Shown here in pieces: positions 37,232 to 50,430 of a stretch of DNA of 64,000 nt. The DNA comes from Eledone cirrhosa. Lineage: Eukaryota. Below the pieces are notes generated by a model. That model searched no databases, had not been told where the DNA came from, and worked only from the letters and a program-made list of their open reading frames with translations. The stretch's first letter is position 1. Every line of letters begins with the position of its first letter. The stretch is taken from the NCBI GenBank assembly GCA_964016885.1, contig OZ024740.1, positions 314,464,001-314,528,000 of the forward strand, written 5' to 3'. Made by a program: the position numbers and the translations under genes.

Positions 37232-38681
37232 CAATGTCGGACTGGAACCTAACACCACATCTAGCATCAAACACCAGAGACACACCCTATACTACATACC
37301 CAACACTAGCTGATCCATTATAACACAAACAACGACATCCCTCTGGAACCCTTCGCAGGGAAAATACCCATTTATACCTCTACGGCAGGTGTGACAACAT
37401 CCACCCACCTGGACGGCACTACACCGCTCTAAGGGTAATTTGAGCATGAATTGATCGGTTGGATGGTGTTGGGCAGAGGAAACACCTTCCTTAGACAGAT
37501 GTAAAATGATTTAATCGAGTAGCGCTGTTGACCAGTAGGACCGGGCTGCTGAGCGCAGTGAGTGAATGCAATGCAACTGCCGTGCGGGTTGTACGTATAT
37601 GGATGATCTGACGGTCAGAGAGGGGTCGCGAGGACTGCGGATTGACCTTTGGCCTGCCTGGGGACGATTATCTTTCGACATCCAATGTAGCAAGCGATGA
37701 CCCAGATCTTACCAGAGATCATTGGGTCCTGAAGCAATCCTGCAATCACCGCGCCTGGTCATATGAGCAGACTACAACCACAGAGATCATTAATTTAGAA
37801 TCCTCGCTCATCATCTATAATTTCCATTTGTGGCACCTTAAGATGGGTTAATCCACCTTAATAATAATATGATCACCTTCAGCATAATTTAGTTAAACTA
37901 CTCTATAGTTAGTGCACTTTATGCTTTAAAAGTCTCTCTTGGAAGGTGCACCTCACCATAGAATTTAGGGTCCATATTGGGACACATTTTAATGGCTAGA
38001 TATAGAAACCCCAGAGTTACCTCCCCGCATGCATTAACTCCCCTTAGCCACACACACACTTCCGGTATTCAATGGCGTCTCTCGAAACGTAACAACCTCC
38101 TGTATCGAACTAAAGAACACCAGACTACGATCTCTAACTGGATTGTCGTGGATTATGTGAAAGGCATATAATCGAAATATACACTCCCTTGACCATGAAA
38201 ATGCCGAAGTACATGAATTACTTGACATCCCTGCGTTGTGCATCTCCAATACTTATAACACTTATAACACTTTTAATGCTTGCACTATCTTTAATACTTA
38301 TAATATTTCTCCACACACAGACTACATCAATCATATAAAGACTTTGCCACCAGATCTACCAACCTAACACTCTTATTTACCTACCTAAGTGCCTATACCA
38401 CACATATCTCTCTGCCACACTATATAAACAAGACGCACATGCGTGCCACACATATAACATTTGCACTATATAACCACTTATCTTCATGTTCTACTTTAAC
38501 CTATATCTTTGATTTTTGATTGTACCTATTAATATAAATGTAATCTCGAAGTGTGTACTGCCACTCTAAATTTTGTAATGAATGTTGACCCACAATGTTT
38601 GAATATGTATCAATGTTTGAATATGTATTGGTATGTCTCTCGGCTGAAAAGGAGGTCATATAACTGTCCATGCATTAATAA

Positions 38682-38734
38682 ATTGCTCCGAAGAATCCAA
38701 ACCTCGGTTTGGAGGAAACAGCTGTAAGCACAAT
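38682..38734 (+). ncRNA. Minimal type I hammerhead ribozyme fold (U4C core), 3' pLTR
   Basis: Identical to 34474-34526. Confidence 0.7.
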
Positions 38735-38934
38735 AATGTTTTGAACAGTTCTTTGATTCTTATATTTCATATAACTGCTCTGTAAATCATCTGATGTTTT
38801 TACATTGAGCTACTTAACTTACTGGTAATAAGGTAGTAATACATTACTGCCTACCACTATTTAGGGTGTGTGTAAAATACTTACAACTGCTTAAGGTTTT
38901 GTGTTTGCATAACCATAAATAGTATAACTAATAC

Positions 38935-39011
<77 letters not shown>

Positions 39012-39015
<4 letters not shown>

Positions 39016-39817
39016 TTTACGTATCGAGAAAGAGAGAAAAAGGAGGGATAGGTGATACATATAGTTATTTGCCAAGTAGCGTATGCCAAAGGTGCTCGAT
39101 ACTAGTGCCGGCAGTATTAAATATTCGAAGTGTTAATATTTAGTGGGCTAGAGAGTTAGCAGAGCGTAAGCACGTGGGAAAGTGAAAAATCGGAGAATAG
39201 ACCGTTAAAACATGTTTATTTAAAATATCACCTACGTACGTTTCGCCCAGTTGGGCTTCTCAAGGGCATAAATAATCACAAGTGTTCCTTATATAGTTCG
39301 GAAAGAGTTTTGGGGGTTAAATCCACATCAAGATTCATTGCTCGCAAAAATATCTTGTTTTGATTTTGCAGCAGGTCAAGGGAGGTAACTCTGGCCGGTG
39401 TTAGGGCAGTCTTTCCCGGATAATTTTTTTTTTTTTTTTTTTTCCCCGTTTGTCTGAGGCTGGGTCTGGTATGCAAGGATTGTTTTCTGGGTGTTATTTT
39501 GCTGCGCCTGCCCGCCGGGGTGTTAAGACTTGTTGCAGGGAGATCCAGTGTACTATTTCACTCTTCATTCTTAACCCATCTAAAGAAGGATATTTTTAAG
39601 CGATGTGTACAACTTATCGCTGTTTCAGCTCTGCTGTTGATGAGCTCGTGGGGTGCAGTTATGATGTGGTAGAGCTCCATGAGGCAAAGATCGCATTTCC
39701 TCTTGAAGTTGTACGGTGCAGCCCTGCCGACAATCTCCCAGTGCGTGGAGAAGCTAATGTTTAAGTCCTTTAGTGATGTGATGTAGTCCGCGAGCGAGGT
39801 GGAGTGACTTAGTTTTC
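39012..39817 (-). mobile_element. 5'-truncated Naiad-type PLE (GIY-YIG C-terminus and pLTR) between two (TA)n tracts
   Basis: [52 protein letters not shown] aligns with the C-termini of both intact ORFs. Confidence 0.85.
39226..39270 (-). ncRNA. Minimal hammerhead ribozyme fold with U3-A8 core
   Basis: Minus strand TATGCCC-TTGAGAA-GCCCAACTGGGC-GAAAC-GTAC-GTA-GGTGATA; stem I is weak. Confidence 0.6.
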
Positions 39818-39868
39818 TATATATACATATATATATATATACATATATATACATATATATATATATAC

Positions 39869-39995
<127 letters not shown>

Positions 39996-40154
39996 TTAGA
40001 ATTCAGCTTCGAATATAGCTATATACAAATGTTTTTTAATTTCGTATTTCTAAAGAAATACGGTATGTTTATAGATAAACATTTAGAAAGCTATATCTAA
40101 GAATGTCAGAGAGAAAGAGAGATAGAGGTAGAGAGAGAGGGGGGGGAGAAAGAG

Positions 40155-40226
<72 letters not shown>

Positions 40227-40368
40227 AAGATGAGAAAGGGAGAGGGGAGATGATAGAATGTAACAGAATACAGACATTAATTAAAGATTAGTCTCTAATT
40301 TCATAATGGTCTGTTGTCAAACTATTTAGTATACCTCTCCTTTTTGCCTGTATATAGTTTTTATTACC

Positions 40369-40399
<31 letters not shown>

Positions 40400-41149
40400 C
40401 ATACATACATACATACATACAGGCATGCATGCATACTCTCAGGTCTTGAATAATCGTTCCCCAACCCACCCCACCCGCTTATTTTACATTAAAAAACATT
40501 ATATATGACAAAAAAAGAACATTACAAGAAATCCCATAATTACGAACGTACATTATGCAATTACAGATCTCCCCCCCCCCCTCGTTTATTCCACCACCCC
40601 ATCCTCTTCCGTTTATAACAATTTAAACAAATGTCCACCACCACCCCGCTTATTCCACACACACACATCCTATTATTTTTTTGTCACGTATAATGTTTTT
40701 TAATGTATAAAGAAAATTAATTGTCGCAGGAATGCTACCACTTAAAATAAAATGATGCCGGAGATAGATTATGAAAATTTAGTAAGCGGGGGTGGGTTGG
40801 AATAAGAGCGGGTAAGGAGCGTTGGAAAAATCTGAAAAAATTAATAAGCGGGAAGGAGAGAGATTATTCCAGACTCGTAAATCCTTCATCTTGTCAAGTG
40901 CTTACTAACCCAGGGAAATAACTCATCCTAACAATATTTATATATATAAAGAGTTATAACACTTGCAACATTTTAACACTTGCAACATTTTAAACCCATA
41001 ATGCAATGGCGAAAAACTCTGTATAATAAATATATAAATAAATAAATAAATAAATAAAACAAAACTAATAGCTCTAACACCACCACCACCACACATACCG
41101 CATCCCCAAAAAGAAAAGGAAAACATTTTCCAAAGTGCTAATAACGAGA

Positions 41150-41440
41150 CATCTACCTCTTACCTAGAGGCAAATGGTAAGACTATCTGGCCTCTTCCCA
41201 TCAACCCTGGACAAGCTCCAGAATTGAGAGGATATTGACTTAAGCCAAGGCCTGCTAGATAATTAGGATTATCTCAGTATGGTGAGCGAAGCAACCCGCG
41301 TTCCAGCGGCAAGATAAGCCATGAAGATCCACAGAGTCAAGAGGCCTGCCGCAAGGACATTTAAATCTCCCACAGACAGTGGAGATGCGGAGATCATCCT
41401 TACTGAGTAGGCCACCAACGTTGGCGAAGGCCAAAGCATT
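41150..41440 (-). mobile_element. CRE-like retrotransposon fragment (zinc knuckle / REL start)
   Basis: Minus strand DLRISTVCGRFKCPCGRPLDSVDLHGLSCRWNAG matches the CRE C..C.CG..D..G.H.LSC..AG motif. Confidence 0.65.
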
Positions 41441-41495
41441 AATTGAATCCCCAGAAAAATTTACTTATTTGCTTTTTCAGTCTAGTTGGATATAA

Positions 41496-41658
41496 CAGAC
41501 CTGTCAACTCTCCCTGTCAAGTGGGGAGATCTCCCACTCACTTCGGGGTTGGTGAGAGATGCCTTCTCCTTTGAAAATGGGTATAGCTTTCATTATGTAA
41601 AATCTCCCCATTTTTTCATGGTACTTCCCGTTTACGTTTTTAGAGGTTGGCAGGTCTG
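41496..41658. mobile_element. MITE
   Basis: TIRs CAGACCTGTCAAC / GTTGGCAGGTCTG; ATATAA on both flanks (41490-95, 41659-64). Confidence 0.7.
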
Positions 41659-42590
41659 ATATAATGTAAATATGTTATCAAAAATAGTCTGCCTAAAATT
41701 AGCCAGACCTGTAGGCACAAGGTCGGCAATTTTGGGCGAGGGGAAAAGCCGATTAAATCGACCCCAGTGCGTTACTGCTACTTTATTTTATCGATCCTGT
41801 AAGGATGAAACGTAAAGACATGTAACCATATGCCATATAGCATGTTGTCCGACTCTCTAACGATACTGTCAATACACTGCCCTAATAGGGTTTAATATTA
41901 AAAGTGGAAGTGTTTAAGTTTGTAGAAAAGTATTTGTTGATAATTTTCCTCGTCGGTATCAGCTGTACTTCTAAAGTAAAGCGGTATTGTATACACTGAC
42001 GTTCGACCATTTCAGAGCAGAAAAAAATTAACTGATTAGCTCGATGAAATATGATCATAAAATTGGAGGAATTTATGTCAGCCTGATGTGATGTTTTGAA
42101 ACTTACTGCAATTTGCACAATGTTAAGTGACCAATCAATCAATCACAATTTACTCGCGTTGAAATCACCGTGTTAAAATTTAGAAACTAGAGCGATTCTG
42201 CCCATATAACCATGTCGAAATCCATGTGTTCTCTTGACAGGTATGGCGCAACAATAAATACAGAAATTCAGAAACTAGAACAACCCCGTCTATATAATTG
42301 TGTTGAAATCAGTGTGTTCTTTTGTCAGATATAGGCAGTGCCTCCAACAATAAATACAGAAGTTTAGAAAGCAGAGCGACTCGGACAGGATAACCGAGCA
42401 AGGGGAAATAACTCTTAAGTACATATCACGTGGACAATGTTACCGGCGACCCAATTATAGATTTATATACCTCGCACGCAGTCACACATACAGTCATACG
42501 TGTTACTGTATATAATGTATTATTCCTCTCTGATAATATCTTTATTTTTATTCGCGTAAACTTTGTAAATATCCATGACGTCCACAAGAT

Positions 42591-42649
42591 ATGTATCGAA
42601 TATTTTTAATTTTCATCGCCATACATCGTGTCGTCGAAACAACAGAAGG
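42591..42649 (+). CDS. NAGPA: Candidate NAGPA coding exon 1 (signal peptide MYRIFLIFIAIHRVVETTEG)
   Basis: ATG with an in-frame stop upstream, a short hydrophobic stretch, and a GG|GTATTG donor in phase 2 that matches the phase of the 50012 acceptor. Confidence 0.55.
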
Positions 42650-42894
42650 GTATTGTTTGTTTTCCTTCTTTCTTATCCCTTTTACGTAAACATTGACATT
42701 TAACTATACACTTTTCTACAGTCAACTATCCAGTTATTATTTCATATACCACTAGAGATTGAAATGTTCAATGTGTAGTATATCGATTAACGGAAAATTG
42801 TATTTTTCTATAGACCGTGGCATTCGAAACATGCGCCTAAACTTTTTCTTTTTAATTTGTGTGTTTATATATATATATATATAATATATAATAT

Positions 42895-42953
<59 letters not shown>

Positions 42954-42976
42954 TTATATATATATATAGAGAGAGA

Positions 42977-43175
42977 GATCCAGAGTTGACATTGCACTCA
43001 GTGCTCCTTTGGGAGCCCCTACATGGACACACTAGAAGAGGAAGACCAAGGTTAACGTATGTTGATGCCCTAAGGACAGACACTGGTCTGTTGGAGACGC
43101 AGGACATGGCAGCGATAATGAGGGACAGAGACCGCTGGAGAGAACTCGTCCATGGATCTCGGGAATTTTACCCGC
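42977..43175 (+). mobile_element. RTE LINE 3' fragment with (TAGA)n tail
   Basis: VLLWEPLHGHTRRGRPRLTYVDAL..MRDRDRWRELV. Confidence 0.75.
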
Positions 43176-44027
43176 CTTAGATAGATAGATATATATATAT
43201 AGAGAGAGAGAGAGACTTTAGATATATTCCAAAACTACTTTGGTGAAATTTTATTCACAGTTGTATAAATAACATTACAAATTGTTCACAATTCTTTCAG
43301 AATGAAAATATAAACAGAATATAATAAATACAAATAACTATTGCTAGGAATCCCACAAATATAATACACCAAAATATACGATCAGAGCATCAGAGCGAGA
43401 AAAAAAAACAACTTTAGTTCTTCAAAACTTTTAGTTTTTCTGTATATAAAAAAAAAAGCTGACGGAATTGTTGAATAAATTTAAATTGTCATTGTTAAAC
43501 TGTGTGTGCTAGTAATAGATATTTCATTATACAGTATATAATAGACTTTTTAGTTGGTTGTTATTGACAATAGAATTAACATTCTAGCCAACGAACTTTA
43601 TTTATCCTTAACAAACCCAAACCCTAATGTGTATGTACACAATGAATCCGGTGAGTCTGGCGAGATATTTTCGTTTTTGATGTTTTTATGTTCAGTAATG
43701 AGTCAACGAAAAGGCTTCTTTCTACATGTTTGTTCTATCTGCTAGAAATAGAAACCACTAACCCTCAAATCATACACTCTACTGCCATTTAAAAAAAAGA
43801 TGGAATGACACATTGAATTATGTAGTCTTAGATGGCCATAGCTGATATATTTTTGCCCCTAGATGTACTTGGTCAGGTCTGCCCACTGGCTAAACAACAA
43901 AATTATTCATAACATAGCTGAACATAAATGCCAGAAACTAAAACAAATATCTTCTTACAAAAAATCTTGGAAGCGGTTATTTTGCTGGCCCCGGCAAAAT
44001 AGAGCACCAGGCTATATTTATTATTAT

Positions 44028-44215
44028 GAATTGGCAGTGTCGGTAGAGGGTTGGACGCCATGCTTTGACGCATAGAGTTACGGCCTTTGCCATTCTGAGT
44101 TCAAATCCCGCCGAGGTTAACTTTGCCTTTCATCCTTACGGGGTCGATAAAATAAAGTACCAGTAATGTACTGGATAATTGCTGGCATCGTGCCAATAGT
44201 AGAAACAATTATTAT
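44028..44215 (+). mobile_element. tRNA-derived SINE (family B), intronic
   Basis: A/B boxes and core. Other intronic copies: 47390-47607(+), 52445-52570(+), 52895-52965(-), 55107-55293(-), 56500-56740(-), 59483-59700(+), 62800-63015(+). Confidence 0.8.
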
Positions 44216-44410
44216 GAAGGCAGGTAATGTTAAAAATAACCGCATACAGATTTAACACAGAAGTTTATTTATTTTCACCAATTGTGAAGATAATTTAAAC
44301 CCTAACTCTATTTACATTTACCAGCAAAATAGCCTAGTTGTCTATTTTACCTGACCGGTAAAATAAGATTAAAAAGCATGTTTGTCTGTCTATTTTACCG
44401 GGACCGCTTG

Positions 44411-44748
44411 TAAACGTTGTTTCTAGATGTGAGTGGGATTATAAAGAAAAAAAAGGAAAAAATATAGATCAATGAAAGTGTCATATATCTAAATATTGAT
44501 TTGCTTGTAGCTTTCCTTGTTTAAATAATTGAATAAAAACAAAAATATCGATTATCGTTGTATTGAGTAAACATTCAACATTAAACGTTGTTTCTAGATG
44601 TGAATGGGATTATAAAGAAAAAACAGGAAAAAATATAGATAAATGAAAGTGTCATATATCTAAATATTGATTTGCTTGTAGCTTTCCTTGTTTAAATAAT
44701 TGAATAAAAACAAAAATATCGATTATCGTTGTATTGAGTAAACATTCA
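44411..44748. repeat. Tandem duplication, 171-bp period
   Basis: TAAACGTTGTTTCTAGATGTG starts at 44411 and 44582; the copies are near-identical. Confidence 0.95.
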
Positions 44749-47109
44749 AAATTTTAATAGGGCAATTGGTATATGTAATTACTCTTAACTAAACACCTTG
44801 ACAAGGCAAAGAAAGGAGCCTCGAGGTCAATCATGTATCCTGTTTGGCTTTCTGAATGGCATACCTAATTTTAAAATTGCTTTGAATTTGTTAGTAGTTT
44901 GGCCCACCTTATGATGGACCATATCCTTGAAAAAGGTTGTCCATGCCTGCTCTAGGTAGTTGCTTATCCTGCTAGAAATCTCCTTCAAATCACAGAAAAG
45001 CATGGAAAATGGATGTTAAAGAATGATGATGATAGTCATGACTGTTGTATGTTTGATCATAGGTCTGCTGGCTCAGAGCTGTGCTTTGATCTAAACAACA
45101 TCAACTTATCACCTACTCATCTACAAACCTGCTAGAAATAATAGCCTAATCTCTCTCAAATCATACCTTGAAGGTCATATTGAATAATGTAGTCATGTGG
45201 GAATAAAAAAAGGGATAGTGACGGCAGGAATATCTTTCACCCAAGGTCTACTCAGTCAGAACTGACCTGGGCCTGATCAACAACTCAGTATTTTGTATGC
45301 TAAATATAACACTTGCAGTTTACAGAATAATTTGTTTTAATAATATAACACAATAAATCTAAAGATTTATTGTGTTATAAGAACACGAGGCATGTTTGTG
45401 TGGAGAACAAATATAGAATCAACCACATTATCTATTCCTCAACTGGCTTATGTGTAGTATACTCAGCTGAAAATGTGTACCAGTAATAGCTAGCGGTTTG
45501 ATTCTGCAATGAACTGGCACCCTGTCCAGTGGAGAGTCTGGTACTCTGTCACTTCTCACCATGGAAACTGGGATAAGCTCTGGCCTGATGAGTCTCCAGG
45601 CTCAAGACAGACTTTAAACTTTATTTTAGACATCTTTGAATCAATTCTCTAAATAAACCATTGTCTCAAAGTCTGAAACTTGTAAAAGTGTAGCAATATC
45701 AAATATGTTGATTCTAGTGTTATATTGAATACTTATTTTATTGACATTGAGATGATCAAATTTGACCTTGGCTGTATTTGAACTCACAGCATAGTGGAAG
45801 GGGTAGAACTAAATACTGCAAGGTAGTTCCCTACCTTAGTCCTCCTCCACTCACATCCTTCATGCCCAGCCTGGTTGCCCAACTCATGCCTGCATGGAAA
45901 ATATGCAACCTATTCATCAAACCTCTCATACACCTTCCCCTGTCTTAATACTCCTCTGTCCCACCTCTCGCTACCCCCACCACCTTAGTCCTCACTCACT
46001 CCTATCCTTCATCCATATCTTGCTCATTCAACTCATACCGACATGGAAAGACACGTGCCCTTCTTTATCTCCCCTTCCTAGTCAAACCCATACCAGCATA
46101 CAAAGATGGATGCACCCACCCATTGCAAAGCTGGGCATGCCCTACCACTATAGAAAAAAAATAGCACCCAGCTGAATATGGTCACCTTACTGGTTTAGTG
46201 TCAGAACATGACAAATCATCTAACCCTTAACAATGATGAGAATGAGGATGTGCTCCCTCTTCCAGCCACATCCCTGATTCACCTTTCCTATTCAACTCAT
46301 GTATGAAATGAAAACTGGACACACCCCACAATACTGCTGAGTGCAGCTCACTCTCTCCAAGGCCACGCCCATACTTGCTTTCACAATGTGGATCCTCCCC
46401 TAGCAAGCAGTATGTGCCCACACACACACTCATCACTGCCACCCAAGCCAAGCCAAGGACACATAAAGCATCCTAATGTCATAATGAGCTAGTACTGTTG
46501 GTATGGTAAAATACACCCAGTCCACCCTGAAAAGTGTCAGTGCTGGTCTGTAATCATCTTCTTCATTTAATATCTGTTTTCCCTGCAAAAAAGAGTTGGA
46601 CAGGTCACCACAACAGAGTCAGGATTCAAGCAAAGCTACTGACCTCTCAGATGGACGGAGACCTTTATTTTCCTTACTTACATTCTTGCACCCTACCAAG
46701 TGGAGAGAAGGCCCACATCTCACTTAGAAAATGTTCCCATCATCTACCAGGTGCAATTTATCATGGCACCAGCACTTGAAAGGTTATCATATCTTTGACA
46801 ATGCTGAAGAGTCCTCCTGACCCTCTATCTGACAGGTTTTCTACAGCTGAATGCCCTTCCTATCACCAAACACTTTACAGAGTGTACTGGGCGTGTTTAT
46901 CATGAAGTTCACCAACAATGGAGAGATTGTCATGCCCTTGACACAACTGGAGAGTCCTCTTAATCTTTTTTTGGCACGGTTTCTACAATGAGATGCCTTT
47001 CCTACCATAAACTACTTTACTGTCACTGTCAAAATAATTTTATGTATGAATTACACAATAGGTTTACATAAATGTTTGTTGGCAGTGGCAGGCAATGATA
47101 TAAAGAATG

Positions 47110-47370
47110 TTTCAAGCCCAGAGGCTCATCAGGTCGGTGGTTATCTCGGTTTCTGTGGCATGAAGCAATTGAAAGTACAAGACTCCCCCCTGGATAGGAT
47201 GCCAGTCCAGCACAGGGTTAAATCTCCAGCGTTTGCTGGTACTCATTTTTAGATTAGTGTACTGGAGCAATGTGAAATGAAGTGTTTTGCTCAAGAACAC
47301 AATGCACAACCGAGCCCACAACATTATGATCATAAATCCAACACACTTTCCACTTGGCCATGCACCTCCA
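47110..47370 (-). mobile_element. tRNA-derived SINE (family A)
   Basis: Reverse complement of the core TTCTTGAGCAAAACACTTCATTTCACATTGCTCCAGT; a + copy lies at 52590-52880. Confidence 0.7.
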
Positions 47371-48058
47371 CTGATGTATCAATTGATACAGCAGTATTGG
47401 TAGTATCGGTAGAGCATCGGACAAGATGCTTTGTGGCACAGAGTTATGGCCCTTTACATTCTGAGTTCAAATCCCAAGATTAGCTTTGCCTTTCGTCCTT
47501 ATAGTGGGGGAATCAATAAAATAAAGTACCAGTAACTCACTGGGGTCGATTTAATTGACTTTCCCCTCCCCCATAATTATTGGGCTTGTGCCTATAGTAG
47601 AAACTGTTAATCCATAAGATAGTGGAATGTTTTGTTTCTTTCAGTGACATTTATGTTTAACCTTTAACATGCTGAATTTTGTTATGAATTACTTCTTTTG
47701 ACACTACATTATGCATTAAGGGGAGATTACTCTATTGGCAACATAAGGTGCCTAGAGTGTGCTGTATTATGCTTAATGCAACATAGCATTCCAAATTGGG
47801 ATTTTAAAATATTTTCACTTGTATTGTCTCCTTCAGTAGTCCTGTGTTTATCTATGGAATTTCCCAGATGATTTCTATTCAAAGTAGATGTTTGAGAATA
47901 TAAACTATTGAACATCTGTTCATTTTGTTATTGATTAATATTTGTCATTCTATACCGATATTATGTTATATTGTCATTATGATACAAGTGCAGCATACGT
48001 GATTTTTTTATGTCAAAAAGTCTAGTTTAAATCAATATTGTAGTCTGAACTCATGTAA

Positions 48059-48660
48059 TCTATATACTACTAAAACTCTGTGGTTGCTTGCTTGCTTGCT
48101 TGTCTGTAATATAATACAGCCAAAAGGGCGTATAATGGGAAAATACTTTGAAAGGAAGTTGACCCTGAAATAGGAATACAAATGGAATAAAACAAGTTTC
48201 ACGTAAATCGGAGCATGGCTTCCTGAGATACAGGGTTTTTCCGGTACCTTCATAAATAGAGAGAGAATGATAGAGAGAAAGAGGTAGTGATTGTGAGAGA
48301 TATTGAAAGAGAGACAGAGAGAGAGGGAGACAGAGAAGGAAAATGGAAGAGAGAGAGAGCTGGCAGTGGTGTTGTGTATATATGTGAGTGTGTGCATGTG
48401 TATATATATGTGTGTGTCTATGACCAATGTATATAGATCAGACACCCACATATACTCAAACATTAATATATATATATGTATACACACACACACACATTTA
48501 AATATATACATACACATGTAACTATATGGTCCTTCCAGTTTCATTTCACATTATATACATGTCTGTATATTTTAATTATTTAAAAATTATTTTTAAGTAA
48601 ACATGACTTTTTAAAAATATTTTGAAGGGAATGTGACCCAACGGGTCACGGGTGGTCTAG
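48059..48660 (+). mobile_element. Non-autonomous Helitron
   Basis: A|TC 5' end (TCTATATACTACTAAAA), subterminal hairpin GTGACCC-AAC-GGGTCAC (48633-49), CTAG|T 3' end, no TSD. Confidence 0.75.
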
Positions 48661-48730
48661 TATATAATGAAATTTATAGTGTACAATAATGTTCATTATA
48701 TATTACATGAGTTCAGGCTACAATACTAAT

Positions 48731-48913
48731 TTAACCCTTTAGCATTTACATTACTCTATATATACTATTGTATTTTCATGGTAAAGGCTTTATCTCACAA
48801 TGTGGAATCTATGAGATTTTGATATTATTTGTGGCTGGTTACGGCCGATTTGAAGAAAAAGAAGTGAGAGAATTCTGGCCAGATACAGCTAGTTTAAATG
48901 CTAAGGGGGTTAA
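48731..48913. mobile_element. piggyBac-like MITE (TTAA-flanked, CCCTT termini)
   Basis: TTAACCCTTTAGCATTTA...TAAATGCTAAGGGGGTTAA. Related copies at ~51398-51586, 54988-55422, 57174-57384, 63021-63250. Confidence 0.75.
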
Positions 48914-49239
48914 ACTAGGTTTCTTGACATCATTTTTTTTTTTAAACTGTGAAAGCAACCATTACAACAGCATCTTTATTGTATAACATTCAATTTATAA
49001 AAGAATGTTTTCTAGTATGTCACTCTTCTGTATTCCATTCATACCATGGTTGACTTTGACTTCACCTTTCATTCTTTTAGATTTTTATTTCATACAAGTA
49101 CCAGTAATATACTGAATGTCACTAATGAACTCTCTCCTCCCTTTACAAACATAGCCTTCTACAATTGAAAATTCTTCATTTAAAGTAAATATATTATTTG
49201 AAAGGTTCAGGTTTAAATATTCTGTCAGTAAAACATCAA

Positions 49240-49643
49240 GTATTTAATTGAATGCATATAAAAATGAGGAAACTCATTGCTAGAACAACAGTCAAAAAGC
49301 TAAATGCTGTCAAAGACAGCGATGGGTGAAAATGCCTCAGAGGACTGAGACCAGCAGCCAGTGGTCAACAGAGAGACAATCCACAAAGTAGGTGACAAGC
49401 AGATGAAATATAGAAAAGATTGAAAGAGGGGGAAGATGTGTGTGTGTAAACTTGTCTTGTACATTGCCTTTCTTTATTTCCTTCTTCCAGTCACTTCTGT
49501 GTGCCAGTGCACGTCTCCTTGTCCTTACACACACACATCTTCACCATGTGTGAAACTATTTTGCTGGTTTGACACCATTTAGCTGTTTTAATTGCTGTTC
49601 TAGTGATGAGTTTTCTCATTTTTATATGTATTCAATCAAATAC
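49240..49643. mobile_element. MITE with ~80-bp imperfect TIRs
   Basis: GTATTTAATTGAATGCATATAAAAATGAGGAAACTCATTGCTAGAAC.. is mirrored by ..GTTCTAGTGATGAGTTTTCTCATTTTTATATGTATTCAATCAAATAC. Confidence 0.65.
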
Positions 49644-50011
49644 ACTCACTCCATCTCAATCAGAAATAACATTGTTTTATCAAGTATTTAGTTCAAATAA
49701 ATAAGGGAATTTCCGTCTGTTCCTCTTTTATTTAATTTATTAGTTATTAGTAGGTCTGAGTTTAAATCCTATTCTACCTTCATTTCTCCATCATCATCAT
49801 CATCATCATCCATTTTCAACACTAACATGGGTTAGACGGATTGTCCCATTAGATGCAAATTGGGTCAGGTGACCATGTCTTGTTCACATAGAACTGTTAA
49901 TAAAATAAATACATGGGAGTATTTACAGCTGTATATCTTCCTTGTTCTAATGCATTGTTCAAGGCATGGTCTTGTTCTAATTTTTATTTTTTATTATTTA
50001 TTTCCATATAG

Positions 50012-50430
50012 ATTGGATGTCAATGGCATGGACTTGCTTTTGCCATACCTCAAACGTCACGGACCTCATCATAACAATAGGTATGTCAGAAGCTGCCAAC
50101 AAGCCAAATATGGTGACATGACTTATTCCATACATGCTGCTAACAGGAATAATGCTAGTGATACAACAGACCTCTCCCCACCTTTTGTTGTATCAAAGTA
50201 CATGATAAAAACATTTGGTGATGTATTCAACCAGCGTTCAATCACAATTTATTACCAACTCATTAACTATCCTTGGCATACACTCAGTGTTTTAGAACCT
50301 TTGGAAGCTAACAGCTGCAATAATAAGAATTCTTCCATAAGAGCAACTGTATTAGAGAGTGCTGAACGTATGAACTGTTTAGTGGCAACCAATGCTGGTT
50401 TCTTCAACACACATACAGGAGAATGTTTAG
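50012..50430 (+). CDS. NAGPA: NAGPA (N-acetylglucosamine-1-phosphodiester alpha-N-acetylglucosaminidase, uncovering enzyme) exon 2
   Basis: AG acceptor 50010-11; DLLLPY..HGPHHNNRYVRSCQ..TLSVLEP..CLVATNAGFFNTHTGECLG; GT donor 50431. Confidence 0.92.

Larger units (their letters stand above)
32323..38937 (+). mobile_element. Intact Penelope-like retroelement, Naiad-type (element 2): inverted pLTR, direct pLTR, ORF, 3' pLTR
   Basis: 32323-33654 is the reverse complement of ~37438-38770. 33652-34730 is a direct copy of 37860-38937. I noticed only isolated substitutions between copies (e.g. ~33879, ~38396). (TA)n lies on both flanks. Confidence 0.95.

Noticed and set aside
32843-38249. Identical 60-71 aa ORFs occurring two or three times
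   Set aside because: By-products of pLTR triplication; non-ATG starts and no recognisable domains.
49860-50011. Hydrophobic N-terminus of ORF 49860-50459 as the NAGPA signal peptide
   Set aside because: This is the T-rich polypyrimidine tract before a clear AG acceptor at 50010-11, with a non-ATG ORF start.
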